This document shows, piece after piece, positions 1 to 7,932 of a stretch of 64,000 nt of DNA. Source of the DNA: a virus; IMG/VR virus record IMGVR_UViG_3300020404_000006; one strand, given 5' to 3'. A program made the position numbers and the translations under genes. Within the stretch, counting starts at the first letter, position 1. Each line of letters begins with the position of its first letter. The notes beneath the pieces were generated by a model. The model ran no database searches. It saw only the letters and a list, made by a program, of their open reading frames with translations, and was not told the origin of the DNA.

Positions 1-50
1 ATATGCAGCTCCACCTTGCAATTCTGCATGTGGTATTAAAGTAATAAAAG

Positions 51-296
51 TCATCTTCGTACAATAAAAACATCATCTTCGCCATCTTCATCTTCATCTC
101 TTTGAGGATTGAAGACTAATAGCTGTTCTCCAGACTGTACATCTTGCATTTCTGGATGTAAGTCGGATCTCTTGGTTTTTGTCGGTTTGTTCATTTCATC
201 AAACGTCGCAGTCATAGTTTTGAACATAAACGCAAATGTCGCCCCAAATAGAGCGACAAAAAAGGTCAAATACAAAAATACCATGAAATCGTTCAT
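51..296 (-). CDS. DUF2973-like small membrane protein
   Basis: N-terminal TM helix then HPE motif and acidic tail, typical of this cyanobacterial/cyanophage family. Confidence 0.55.
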   Translation of the reverse strand: MNDFMVFLYLTFFVALFGATFAFMFKTMTATFDEMNKPTKTKRSDLHPEMQDVQSGEQLLVFNPQRDEDEDGEDDVFIVRR

Positions 297-625
297 CTGT
301 TGAATATCTTTTGGATAGGAACTTGCCTCAATTTATCTATAACGTCAACTTCGACTCTATCTACGATCTTGTCTAATAAATCGATATCAATCTGCATGAA
401 TGGAGGAATGACACCTAGTAAACGAAGTAATCCGTCTACAAATAGAGCAAGAGTGGTAAATCCAAGAATCATAGAGATAACTGTTGCATCTCTATTGTGT
501 TTTGCCATAGATGCCTCATCAATCTTTCTCGCCTCGTCTATAGCGTATTTGATGAGTTCGTCAACTTCTTCTTTTGTGTATGTATCCCTTTTTGGTTTAT
601 ACACGTCGGAAATAGGTAAATCCAT
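293..625 (-). CDS. conserved cyanobacterial-type hypothetical membrane protein
   Basis: HNRxATVISMILGF..LFVDGLLRLLG TM segment; start moved from 739 to ATG 625 because 651-696 is an intergenic repeat. Confidence 0.55.
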   Translation of the reverse strand: MDLPISDVYKPKRDTYTKEEVDELIKYAIDEARKIDEASMAKHNRDATVISMILGFTTLALFVDGLLRLLGVIPPFMQIDIDLLDKIVDRVEVDVIDKLRQVPIQKIFNR

Positions 626-650
626 AAGCTGACCCTGTAGGACAGAAAAA

Positions 651-696
651 TACCCGAATTTTTTTTGCAGCTTTTTAGGTTTTAAAAGCTGATTTT
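651..696. repeat. 46-bp dispersed intergenic repeat, copy 1, with CAGCTTTT/AAAAGCTG inverted repeat
   Basis: 43/46 identical to 4362-4407. Confidence 0.85.
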
Positions 697-704
697 CGTT
701 TTGG

Positions 705-974
705 CTAGTATCGATCTGGAATTTTGTCATAACTTTCACGGTAGTCTAGAGGTTTCGCTTGTCGGATACATCCAACAGCTCTTTCAAAACAAACTGAATT
801 GAATCTGCCATCTACTCCGATCAACTTTATCTTAGTATGTTGAGAACGAATCTCAACTTCTTCTACTAAGTATGTATTTCCTTTGATAAGTTTGAGCTGA
901 GGATCATCGTTGTTCCCCCACCTAACTTGCTCAGGTGTACAACCCAAAAATCTGACTTGATCTCCTATTTTCAT
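705..974 (-). CDS. hypothetical protein (small SH3-like beta fold possible)
   Basis: 89 aa ORF in operon orientation, MKIGDQVRF start. Confidence 0.55.
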   Translation of the reverse strand: MKIGDQVRFLGCTPEQVRWGNNDDPQLKLIKGNTYLVEEVEIRSQHTKIKLIGVDGRFNSVCFERAVGCIRQAKPLDYRESYDKIPDRY

Positions 975-1073
975 AGTCCTCTGTGTGGATCATAATATAA
1001 AAGTGTCCATGCAATGTAAATGGTTGCTAGGACACTAGGAATTAGTACTAAAGGCATTGTAATGCGTAATTGT

Positions 1074-1223
1074 TTAAATTATATCGGGATTTTGCTCCTC
1101 TGTCAAGGGGAATCCCATTGTTTTTATTTCGAGTAACTCTCTAAGGAAGCGAACCTCCTGTTTAAGTTTCTCGTTTTCCTTTTCTAGGAAGTCGCAGTGT
1201 TCTGCGTAGATAATAATGCTCAT
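1074..1223 (-). CDS. small coiled-coil hypothetical (MSIIIYAEHCDFLEKENEKLK..., 49 aa)
   Basis: manual translation, below ORF-track cutoff. Confidence 0.5.
   Translation of the reverse strand: MSIIIYAEHCDFLEKENEKLKQEVRFLRELLEIKTMGFPLTEEQNPDII
1078..1106 (-). promoter_or_regulatory. sigma70 (early) promoter
   Basis: TTGACA-17 nt-TATAAT perfect consensus. Confidence 0.75.
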
Positions 1224-1278
1224 AAATGCGAAGAGACCCCCTTTCGGAGGTCTCAGAGTTTAGTTCATTGGTTTTTAA

Positions 1279-1443
1279 TTACCTTAAGATTTCGGTACAT
1301 ACTTGTCTGCAATAATTGTCCGTACAATCTATCATGCAGTCGAAGTATTCGTCGATTAGATTGTCTTGAGAATATTCAAGCGTCTTTATATCGTCGTGAT
1401 GAATCCATTCTGCCATTTGATTGTGGGACATCCGATTTCGCAT
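1279..1443 (-). CDS. small four-Cys protein (..YFDCMIDCTDNYCRQVCTEIL, 54 aa)
   Basis: manual translation; GAGGAG SD upstream. Confidence 0.6.
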   Translation of the reverse strand: MRNRMSHNQMAEWIHHDDIKTLEYSQDNLIDEYFDCMIDCTDNYCRQVCTEILR

Positions 1444-1721
1444 AAATTTCTTCTCCTCTGAATTGTGGTCTACATAACGAAGTTTAGCATCACTTCATCT
1501 TGTTCGTCCTAATTCTACCATTATTTATATAATGATCCCCGATATTTGTGTTGAACTTCACACACTGTAATGGCGTATTTTTACCCAAGAATTAATACTT
1601 ACGATCATTCATATAAACCATTGTCAGAAAACATGCAGTAATGGCAACAGTTCCTGACAATGCTAATATTGTTGTTTGTACTACGTCCACTAAATTTACT
1701 TAACATAACGTAATATTTATA

Positions 1722-1904
1722 CTACCAATCACCTTCTGAGTTCAAAGAGTCCTGATATTCCATATTGTTTTTACAATAGGCGTGAACATCTATCTCCATT
1801 TTATGATGAGCACGAGTGTGAATTACTTGTATCATTCCCACTGATCCTACAAGACATAGGTTCATAACTGTCAATGGATGACCCAAATACCTCAGATACT
1901 TCAC
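1722..1904 (-). CDS. hypothetical membrane protein
   Basis: 60 aa ORF with one hydrophobic helix. Confidence 0.5.
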   Translation of the reverse strand: MKYLRYLGHPLTVMNLCLVGSVGMIQVIHTRAHHKMEIDVHAYCKNNMEYQDSLNSEGDW

Positions 1905-1910
1905 GGCAAT

Positions 1911-1937
1911 AAAAAACCTCTACAATATGTAGAGGTT
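1911..1937 (-). terminator. intrinsic terminator after DUF4278 gene
   Basis: AACCTCTACA-tat-TGTAGAGGTT followed by T-tract. Confidence 0.8.
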
Positions 1938-1968
1938 AAACGACAAGTATGTATTTGTCAACTGTCCA

Positions 1969-2112
1969 TCAGCTCTTAGATGCGAACTTGCGTTCTACCT
2001 TAATACCACGATACATTAGTTCGTGACGTTGCTTTTGAGCAGCTTCTGCGAGTACCTTTGCGTTGTACTCTGCGGTGTCATACTCGACACCTCTGTATGT
2101 GACCTTAGCCAT
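1969..2112 (-). CDS. DUF4278 family small protein (47 aa)
   Basis: two YRG motifs (YRGVEY, YRGIKV); AGGAGA SD; true start ATG 2112. Confidence 0.85.
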   Translation of the reverse strand: MAKVTYRGVEYDTAEYNAKVLAEAAQKQRHELMYRGIKVERKFASKS

Positions 2113-2151
2113 TTGGTTTCTCCTGTAAGTAATAGGGGTTTGTGAAAACTC

Positions 2152-2333
2152 CGTTCCTTCAGTCGGCATTTGCGTCCCAGCACCCAGGCGTTGCGTCTTG
2201 TATAACAAGAACTAGTTCCGCCTTCTCGTACTCATTCATTGTGTTGTTCTTTACCACCCGATCTGTAAGATCGTATGCTTGGGAACACTCCAGTGAAGTA
2301 TAGAGTAGCAAGAGAGGTATCATGGGATGAACG
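2152..2333 (-). ncRNA. glutamine riboswitch (glnA-type) aptamer 2 with very long P2 loop
   Basis: CGTTCATCCCA ... TGGGACGCAAATGCCGACTGAAGGAACG; P1 CGTTC/GGAACG and P2 TCCCA/TGGGA pair. Confidence 0.75.
2159..2323 (-). CDS. 54-aa peptide encoded inside riboswitch aptamer 2 (MIPLLLLYTSLECSQAY...GCWDANAD)
   Basis: uninterrupted ATG..TGA frame; hydrophobic N-terminus, two Cys. Confidence 0.65.
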   Translation of the reverse strand: MIPLLLLYTSLECSQAYDLTDRVVKNNTMNEYEKAELVLVIQDATPGCWDANAD

Positions 2334-2336
2334 ATC

Positions 2337-2397
2337 CGTTCCGTGTCGGCTTACTTGCGTCCCGCTTGGTCGCCAAAGGCAACTTGGGGGATGAACG
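2337..2397 (-). ncRNA. glutamine riboswitch (glnA-type) aptamer 1
   Basis: CGTTCATCCC-[hairpin loop]-GGGACGCAAGTAAGCCGACACGGAACG; tandem arrangement upstream of DUF4278 is typical. Confidence 0.8.
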
Positions 2398-2407
2398 TGT
2401 GTGTTAA

Positions 2408-2435
2408 TTATAACACATTTCAATTATTTATGCAA
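2408..2435 (-). promoter_or_regulatory. sigma70 promoter for riboswitch/DUF4278 transcript
   Basis: TTGCAT-17 nt-TATAAT, start site just upstream of aptamer 1. Confidence 0.7.
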
Positions 2436-2442
2436 GTTTTTT

Positions 2443-2456
2443 GTATCAATACCTAC
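2443..2456. promoter_or_regulatory. putative NtcA box
   Basis: GTA-TCAATACC-TAC (GTA-N8-TAC), 7 nt upstream of the -35. Confidence 0.45.
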
Positions 2457-2471
2457 CGTAGTGATACAATT

Positions 2472-4007
2472 TTATGAAGATTTAAGATTGTCACCTAGCA
2501 CTAGAGTGTCTAGACCAGTTTCGTAAAATAGTTCCAAGGCATCCCCAAACCTTCCAGCTATGGGTTTACCACCATTATTTAGAGAGGTGTTGAGCAAGAC
2601 AGGTGATCCTGTCAACTTCTCAAACTCCTGTAGTAGACTGTAATAATCTTCCTGAGATTCATTTACTGTGTTGATTCTACATGTTCCATCTGCATGTGTG
2701 ATTGTAGGATACCTGTCTGGTTCTAATACATCAGTCACATATAACATGTATGGACTAGGACCATTCCAATCAAAATTTTCACTCACTTTCTCTTCTAATA
2801 CTGAGGCACCGAATGGTCTGAATGGTTCTCTGTGTTTTACCTTATTATTAATGTAGTCTTTACCATGAGGGTCAAAGGGGTTCATAAGAATACTTCTGTT
2901 ACCCAATGCTCTGGGACCTACCTCACCATGTCCTTGATACCATCCAACAATCTCACCTTTGGCGAGTCTCTCTGCGGTCTCCTTGATAGTTTTAGTGGAA
3001 GGTCTGTCAACAGGAGCCTGATCATCTTGCATGAAGGGGAATCCTTCTACAGGAAGTCTCATCATGTTATGTTCCCTTCTCAGAAACTCAATAGCACCGA
3101 GACTTAGACCCTGATCATATGCGTGTGGAGGTATGACCAGATTAGGTATAGCATCTTTCAATACCTTATTAATAATAGTATTTTGTGCTACACCACCAGA
3201 GTATCCCACTACATCATCTGGTTTGATGAACTCTTGGAAATGTCTGAGATAAATCTGTTCTGTATATTCATGTGCTGTATGAATATAATCCATGATGTAT
3301 TGTTGATCATGAAGATGTTGATCTATTACATCAAAATCCCATAATATTTCCAGATCATCTATACCTAGACTCTTATCACATACGTCTGGATTGTGTTTAC
3401 CAAACGCTTTCAGAGCCATGATCTTCCCTGCCTGATCTAAGTAGTGTCCACCTAATTGTAAGGCAGCACCCATCCTAGTCATAATAAATCCAAGACTGGG
3501 CGAACCCACTTGACTTGGATATATGCCTTCAGTCTTACCATAGTCTATGAGTTTATCATCTCTCCACACACTACGGTACATCCAATCATCACCAAATCCA
3601 TCAAAGACAAAGTGAAGATTAGGTTTGACCTTCATAGGCCAGAAACTTAGTGTATGTGCATAGTGATGATCTATTCTATGAATAGGGCATCTAAATCCCA
3701 AGTCTCTAAAGAAAGGTATTTCTACTACTTCTGATATCTCTTTGGAATTTATGGCAATGGATTGATGTACGACACCCATCCTTTCATATTCGGTTCCAGC
3801 ACAGTCCATGATGATACAGACACCATCAATAAACCAAGGTTGAATATTCCAATCCTCAAGTATTCTTGTCCATTGATATACTCCGTTCTCAAAACCAACA
3901 TGCTTACATTGGTAATCTCTCTCGAAAGATCTGTATCTTACAGTCTCACCATCATAGTATGTTACGTTTGCGTCATGAGCATCTAATCTCAAACCCAATA
4001 ATTTCAT
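2472..4007 (-). CDS. carbamoyltransferase, NodU/CmcH family
   Basis: HDA start, HHYAH, AGKIMAL, GGVAQN, GPRALGNRSIL, FRPF, LLNTSLN motifs. Confidence 0.92.
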   Translation of the reverse strand: MKLLGLRLDAHDANVTYYDGETVRYRSFERDYQCKHVGFENGVYQWTRILEDWNIQPWFIDGVCIIMDCAGTEYERMGVVHQSIAINSKEISEVVEIPFFRDLGFRCPIHRIDHHYAHTLSFWPMKVKPNLHFVFDGFGDDWMYRSVWRDDKLIDYGKTEGIYPSQVGSPSLGFIMTRMGAALQLGGHYLDQAGKIMALKAFGKHNPDVCDKSLGIDDLEILWDFDVIDQHLHDQQYIMDYIHTAHEYTEQIYLRHFQEFIKPDDVVGYSGGVAQNTIINKVLKDAIPNLVIPPHAYDQGLSLGAIEFLRREHNMMRLPVEGFPFMQDDQAPVDRPSTKTIKETAERLAKGEIVGWYQGHGEVGPRALGNRSILMNPFDPHGKDYINNKVKHREPFRPFGASVLEEKVSENFDWNGPSPYMLYVTDVLEPDRYPTITHADGTCRINTVNESQEDYYSLLQEFEKLTGSPVLLNTSLNNGGKPIAGRFGDALELFYETGLDTLVLGDNLKSS

Positions 4008-4336
4008 AATGATCTATCACAAGCCCATCTTCTAACTTCCATTGCATGAAAGTGTTGTCGTAAGTATTCTATTGCTTCTTTTGGTTTATTGTCATCACTA
4101 CAAGTAAAGATGTCACACTTAGCAATATTTTTTTCAGGCCAAGTGTGAATACTCATATGACTCTCTGCAAGAAGAGCGAATCCTGTCACTCCTTGTGGTT
4201 CAAATTTATGTGTATGTACTGTGATTACTTTGCACCCTGCTTTCTCTGATGCCTCTAGTAAACAATCCCTAACATGGGATTCACTATCCAACAGAGTGGG
4301 AGAGCACTCAATTAAATCAAATAATATATGTTTCAT
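4004..4336 (-). CDS. speD: S-adenosylmethionine decarboxylase proenzyme
   Basis: HKFEPQGVTG..LLAESHMSIHTWPE..CDIFTC. Confidence 0.95.
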   Translation of the reverse strand: MKHILFDLIECSPTLLDSESHVRDCLLEASEKAGCKVITVHTHKFEPQGVTGFALLAESHMSIHTWPEKNIAKCDIFTCSDDNKPKEAIEYLRQHFHAMEVRRWACDRSL

Positions 4337-4361
4337 TATGCGACCCTACGGCTCAAAATTT

Positions 4362-4407
4362 TACCCGAATTTTTTTTCCAGCTTTTTGTGTTTTAAAAGC
4401 TGATTTT
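4362..4407. repeat. 46-bp dispersed intergenic repeat, copy 2
   Basis: 43/46 identical to 651-696. Confidence 0.85.
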
Positions 4408-4678
4408 ACATTGGAGGCATCGAAGGATCATCGACAGGCATACCAGAACCAGGCATACCGTATCCGAAATCCATTCCACCACCACTACCCATGCCAGGAG
4501 GCATGCCAGGAGGTCCTTGTTGATCTTGTCCGCCACCAAACTGTCTGTTGACTCCGCCTGGTTGCATCTTCTCGAACCCATGTTCCACCCTATGAGCTTC
4601 AACAATTTCTTTAATTGATGTCAACTCTTTCTGTAGATCCTTTAACTTGTAGAGGATCAGATCAATCTTATCTTCCAT
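4406..4678 (-). CDS. hypothetical protein, coiled-coil plus Gly/Pro/Met-rich tail
   Basis: likely start MEDKIDL at 4678. Confidence 0.55.
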   Translation of the reverse strand: MEDKIDLILYKLKDLQKELTSIKEIVEAHRVEHGFEKMQPGGVNRQFGGGQDQQGPPGMPPGMGSGGGMDFGYGMPGSGMPVDDPSMPPM

Positions 4679-4859
4679 ACTGAGATCTATTCCTAATGAT
4701 GATTTGGTTGTTAGCGTAGTCTGGAATGAAGTCCAGTACATCTTCGTGAGGCCAGTGCATTTCCTCGTACAAAGCATTCAATCTTTCCATGTCTTCCCAA
4801 AGATCATTAATATGTTCTTTCGGAAAAACATTTTCTTCTGGCTCTAAGTTTCCGTGCAT
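4668..4859 (-). CDS. hypothetical protein
   Basis: 63 aa, operon-packed. Confidence 0.6.
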   Translation of the reverse strand: MHGNLEPEENVFPKEHINDLWEDMERLNALYEEMHWPHEDVLDFIPDYANNQIIIRNRSQYGR

Positions 4860-4861
4860 TG

Positions 4862-5077
4862 TTATCTTCCTAAGAAATAGTGATTGATTACTTCAATCTT
4901 CTCATGTGCTTGAGCGACAGCGTTAAGTTCACCATCTATGGCTCCCATGAGGTCTGGATGCTCTCCAATTCCCACAGGTTGATTGAGATAGATCTCAACG
5001 TTCTGCTGATGTTTAGCGATTAATCCTTCATAATAACGGATTTGTGACTTTAGAATGTCATCACGCAAGTTAACCAT
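4862..5077 (-). CDS. conserved T4-like cyanophage hypothetical protein
   Basis: YLNQPVGIGEHPDL motif. Confidence 0.7.
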   Translation of the reverse strand: MVNLRDDILKSQIRYYEGLIAKHQQNVEIYLNQPVGIGEHPDLMGAIDGELNAVAQAHEKIEVINHYFLGR

Positions 5078-5079
5078 AA

Positions 5080-5340
5080 TTAAACCAGTTTGTATTGTTG
5101 TAAGTATTTAACAGTTTCTGCAGCGCCTCCAATGGTGCGGTCATCAACTGAGACTTGAGGGAATGTAGATCCCTCTCCAAACTGAGAGATAAATTCTTTC
5201 TTGTCGAAGTGTTCGTCAAGTTTGTATTCTACAAAGTTTAGTTGTGCTAATTGTAACACGGAAATAACTTTCTCGCAATGACCACAACCTAATTTTGAGT
5301 AAACGGTGAAATTCATTTTGCCTCGTATGTTTGGAACCAC
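5080..5340 (-). CDS. glutaredoxin
   Basis: CGHC active site, TFPQV, IGG motifs. Confidence 0.85.
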   Translation of the reverse strand: MVPNIRGKMNFTVYSKLGCGHCEKVISVLQLAQLNFVEYKLDEHFDKKEFISQFGEGSTFPQVSVDDRTIGGAAETVKYLQQYKLV

Positions 5341-5534
5341 TCTTTGAGTGAAATTTGATAACCAGATTCACGATAAGGAGGTTCCTTGATCCCCTTCATC
5401 TTTTTATAGTCATTGTGCATTGCCATGAGTAACCAACTCTGGCTAAGGGAATGAGGTCCTTCTTCCAAGAGTTCTCTTTGTCTCTTGGACACCACCTTCA
5501 TCCCTAAGTATTCTTTTCTCCAAGATGTATCCAT
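5313..5534 (-). CDS. hypothetical protein
   Basis: 73 aa, TGATG coupling with upstream ORF. Confidence 0.65.
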   Translation of the reverse strand: MDTSWRKEYLGMKVVSKRQRELLEEGPHSLSQSWLLMAMHNDYKKMKGIKEPPYRESGYQISLKEWFQTYEAK

Positions 5535-5695
5535 CAGAGAAGTATCGCTCCAATAATAAATCCTTTAGCGAAAGCAATACATTTGATTTGATAGTCTGTT
5601 AGATTGAATTTCTTTTGAAACTTATCAATCATTTTCTTATCCCATTCTACTGCCTTATCGAAAGCACCTTTTGCTTTATGCTTGAAACAACTCAT
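5534..5695 (-). CDS. small membrane protein (MSCFKHKAKG...GFIIGAILL, 53 aa)
   Basis: manual translation; stop overlaps next start. Confidence 0.6.
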   Translation of the reverse strand: MSCFKHKAKGAFDKAVEWDKKMIDKFQKKFNLTDYQIKCIAFAKGFIIGAILL

Positions 5696-5726
5696 ACGTT
5701 ATGTGAAAAAAACTATTTAGATTATA

Positions 5727-6350
5727 TCACTTCAACTTGAAAGTGTAAATGTGTTTGCCTGGCGTGTTGACATAATGTGCATCTCCTGACTCCAGTGCAT
5801 CTCTAAGTTTCTGTGCAAATGGTTTTAATTTATTCTTATACTTTGTTCTGATTGCCTTATCATGATAAGTTTTATCACCGTACTGTATGAGTCTGCCTGG
5901 CGAAGTTAAACCCTCATATTTGAAATTGGTCGCCTTGTATATGACCCCTCTGTGACCGTGAAATGCGTCTGCATAGGACACGATGACCTTGTGGTCGGTA
6001 TTCTTTTTCAACCACCTCTGAGTCTTTCCTATGAAGTAACTCTCTGTACACTTAGGGGTGGCATCAATGCAACACAGTCTCCTGAGTTCAATGACATCAC
6101 TCTCACTCTCTCCATACTTCCTCCACGCATTTGCCATACCTAGAGGACCATATATCATTGCACCTATCAAGGTAGAGTCACAGTAAAGTCCAAACACATG
6201 AGATATTCTGAGTCCATTGACACTCTTAGAGTAGTGCCATGTCTCTATAAAATCTCTCACACATTGTATGTTAGTTACCTTGACATCAAAATCCGTTACC
6301 CTTTTACCCAAGGGCACTGAATAATCGTCATAGAGAAGTGACTTCAACAT
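5727..6350 (-). CDS. Mom-like GNAT-fold DNA (adenine) modification protein
   Basis: WHYS, ELRRL, ESYFIG, VSYAD..GHRGVIYKATNF motifs of the Mom family. Confidence 0.75.
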   Translation of the reverse strand: MLKSLLYDDYSVPLGKRVTDFDVKVTNIQCVRDFIETWHYSKSVNGLRISHVFGLYCDSTLIGAMIYGPLGMANAWRKYGESESDVIELRRLCCIDATPKCTESYFIGKTQRWLKKNTDHKVIVSYADAFHGHRGVIYKATNFKYEGLTSPGRLIQYGDKTYHDKAIRTKYKNKLKPFAQKLRDALESGDAHYVNTPGKHIYTFKLK

Positions 6351-6356
6351 ACAATA

Positions 6357-6385
6357 ATTATATCAATCAAATGATCTTTTGTCTA
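6357..6385 (-). promoter_or_regulatory. sigma70 promoter of Mom-like gene, probably leaderless
   Basis: TAGACA-17 nt-TATAAT; predicted +1 coincides with ATG at 6350. Confidence 0.55.
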
Positions 6386-6469
6386 TGGGAGAGGAGGGAC
6401 TCGAACCCTCACGACATTGCTGTCAACAGATTTTAAGTCTGGTGTGTCTACCGATTCCACCACACTCCC
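6386..6469 (-). tRNA. tRNA-Leu(UAA)
   Basis: cloverleaf with long variable arm; CT-TAA-AA anticodon loop; GTTCGAG T-loop. Confidence 0.93.
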
Positions 6470-6472
6470 GAA

Positions 6473-6546
<74 letters not shown>

Positions 6547-6621
6547 TGGTAGGACTGTCGGGAATTGAACCCGATTGACTCCGTTATAAGCAGAGCGCAT
6601 TAACCAATATGCGACAGTCCC
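6547..6621 (-). tRNA. tRNA-Ile(UAU), encoded CCA
   Basis: CTCTG-CT-TAT-AA-CGGAG anticodon arm; GTTCAAT T-loop; ends ACCA. Confidence 0.88.
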
Positions 6622-6657
6622 TTGTGCGTCACTCCGTTATTATACCACAGTTGCCAT

Positions 6658-6686
6658 AAAAAAAACCCTCTCAGAGAGAGGGTTTT
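6658..6686 (-). terminator. intrinsic terminator after psbA
   Basis: AAAACCCTCTC/GAGAGGGTTTT stem and long T-tract. Confidence 0.85.
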
Positions 6687-6708
6687 GAAAGATTTAAGAT
6701 TTAGTATC

Positions 6709-7794
6709 TTAACCAATAGAAGGTGCAGTTAAAGCAACTTCACTTGTCTCGGCAGCAGCCAAGTCTAGTGGGAAGTTGTGAGCGTTACGCTCGTGCATTA
6801 CTTCCATACCAAGGTTAGCACGGTTAAGAACATCTGCCCATGTAGGAATCACTTTACCAGAGTTGTCTAGAACAGACTGGTTGAAGTTGAAACCGTTAAG
6901 GTTAAATGCCATTGTGCTGATACCCATTGCGGTAATCCAGATGCAAACAACTGGGAAAGCGGCAAGGAAGAAGTGTAAACTTCTTGAGTTGTTGAACGAA
7001 GCATACTGGAAGATTAATCTACCGAAGTAACCGTGTGCAGCTACGATGTTGTATGTTTCTTCTTCTTGTCCGAACTTGTAACCATAGTTCTGAGACTCTT
7101 GCTCAGTTGTCTCCCTGATCAAAGAAGATGTTACAAGTGAACCGTGCATTGCAGAGAAGAGTGAACCTCCGAATACACCAGCTACTCCAATCATGTGGAA
7201 TGGGTGCATAAGAATGTTGTGCTCTGCCTGGAAAACAAACATGAAGTTGAATGTTCCAGAAATTCCAAGTGGCATACCGTCAGAGAATGAACCTTGACCG
7301 AATGGATACACAAGGAATACTGCCATTGCAGCAGATACAGGTGCGGAATAAGCAACACAGATCCAAGGTCTCATACCTAATCTGTATGATAATTCCCACT
7401 GACGACCACAGTATGCTGTGATGCCGATTAGGAAATGGAATACAACTAACTGATAAGGGCCTCCGTTATAGAGCCACTCGTCTAGTGAAGCTGCTTCCCA
7501 GATTGGGTAGAAGTGTAGTCCGATTGCGTTTGAACTTGGGACAACAGCACCAGAGATGATGTTGTTACCATACATTAAAGAACCAGCAACTGGCTCTCTG
7601 ATTCCGTCGATATCGACAGGAGGTGCAGCGATGAAAGCTACGATGAAACAAGTGGTAGCTGCGAGGAGGCAAGGAATCATTAAGACTCCGAACCAACCGA
7701 CGTAGATACGATTGTTAGTGGATGTAGTCCACTCGCAAAACTCGTCCCATCCAGCTAACAATCCGCCACGTTTGCGTTGTGAAAGAGTTGTCAT
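6709..7794 (-). CDS. psbA: photosystem II D1 protein
   Basis: full-length D1, [14 protein letters not shown]-terminus, no intron. Confidence 0.99.
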   Translation of the reverse strand: MTTLSQRKRGGLLAGWDEFCEWTTSTNNRIYVGWFGVLMIPCLLAATTCFIVAFIAAPPVDIDGIREPVAGSLMYGNNIISGAVVPSSNAIGLHFYPIWEAASLDEWLYNGGPYQLVVFHFLIGITAYCGRQWELSYRLGMRPWICVAYSAPVSAAMAVFLVYPFGQGSFSDGMPLGISGTFNFMFVFQAEHNILMHPFHMIGVAGVFGGSLFSAMHGSLVTSSLIRETTEQESQNYGYKFGQEEETYNIVAAHGYFGRLIFQYASFNNSRSLHFFLAAFPVVCIWITAMGISTMAFNLNGFNFNQSVLDNSGKVIPTWADVLNRANLGMEVMHERNAHNFPLDLAAAETSEVALTAPSIG

Positions 7795-7823
7795 TGAAAG
7801 AGTGCGATGTTATGTGAGTAAAA

Positions 7824-7867
7824 TAGAGACGTAATTTAACGACCCATAGGTCTCGGTTAGCGGGTCG
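7824..7867 (-). ncRNA. PhotoRC-II RNA motif (psbA 5' UTR pseudoknot)
   Basis: GACCC/GGGTC stem whose loop GAGAC pairs with downstream GTCTC. Confidence 0.7.
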
Positions 7868-7903
7868 AAGGAAGTGTTGAAATCAACACCCCTACATTTA
7901 TAT

Positions 7904-7932
7904 ATGTTAACAGTTATTTACATTCTTGTCAA
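7904..7932 (-). promoter_or_regulatory. sigma70 promoter of psbA with overlapping TAAATA late element and HLR1-like box
   Basis: TTGACA-17 nt-TAACAT; TTAACAGT-N2-TTTACATT on + strand at 7907-7924. Confidence 0.65.

Noticed and set aside
626-739. N-terminal extension of ORF 293..739
   Set aside because: Passes through the intergenic 46-bp repeat and overlaps the upstream stop; ATG 625 is more plausible.
1279-1443. CP12 call
   Set aside because: Lacks the AWDxVEEL core and C-terminal CxxxPxxxxC motif.
1969-2423. ORF-track calls 1969..2208 (79 aa) and 2232..2423 (63 aa)
   Set aside because: They run through the riboswitch. The SD-supported DUF4278 start is 2112, and the nested ORF 2159-2323 in another frame fits the RNA structure.
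6709-7794. Group I intron or homing endonuclease in psbA
   Set aside because: D1 is continuous and full length.
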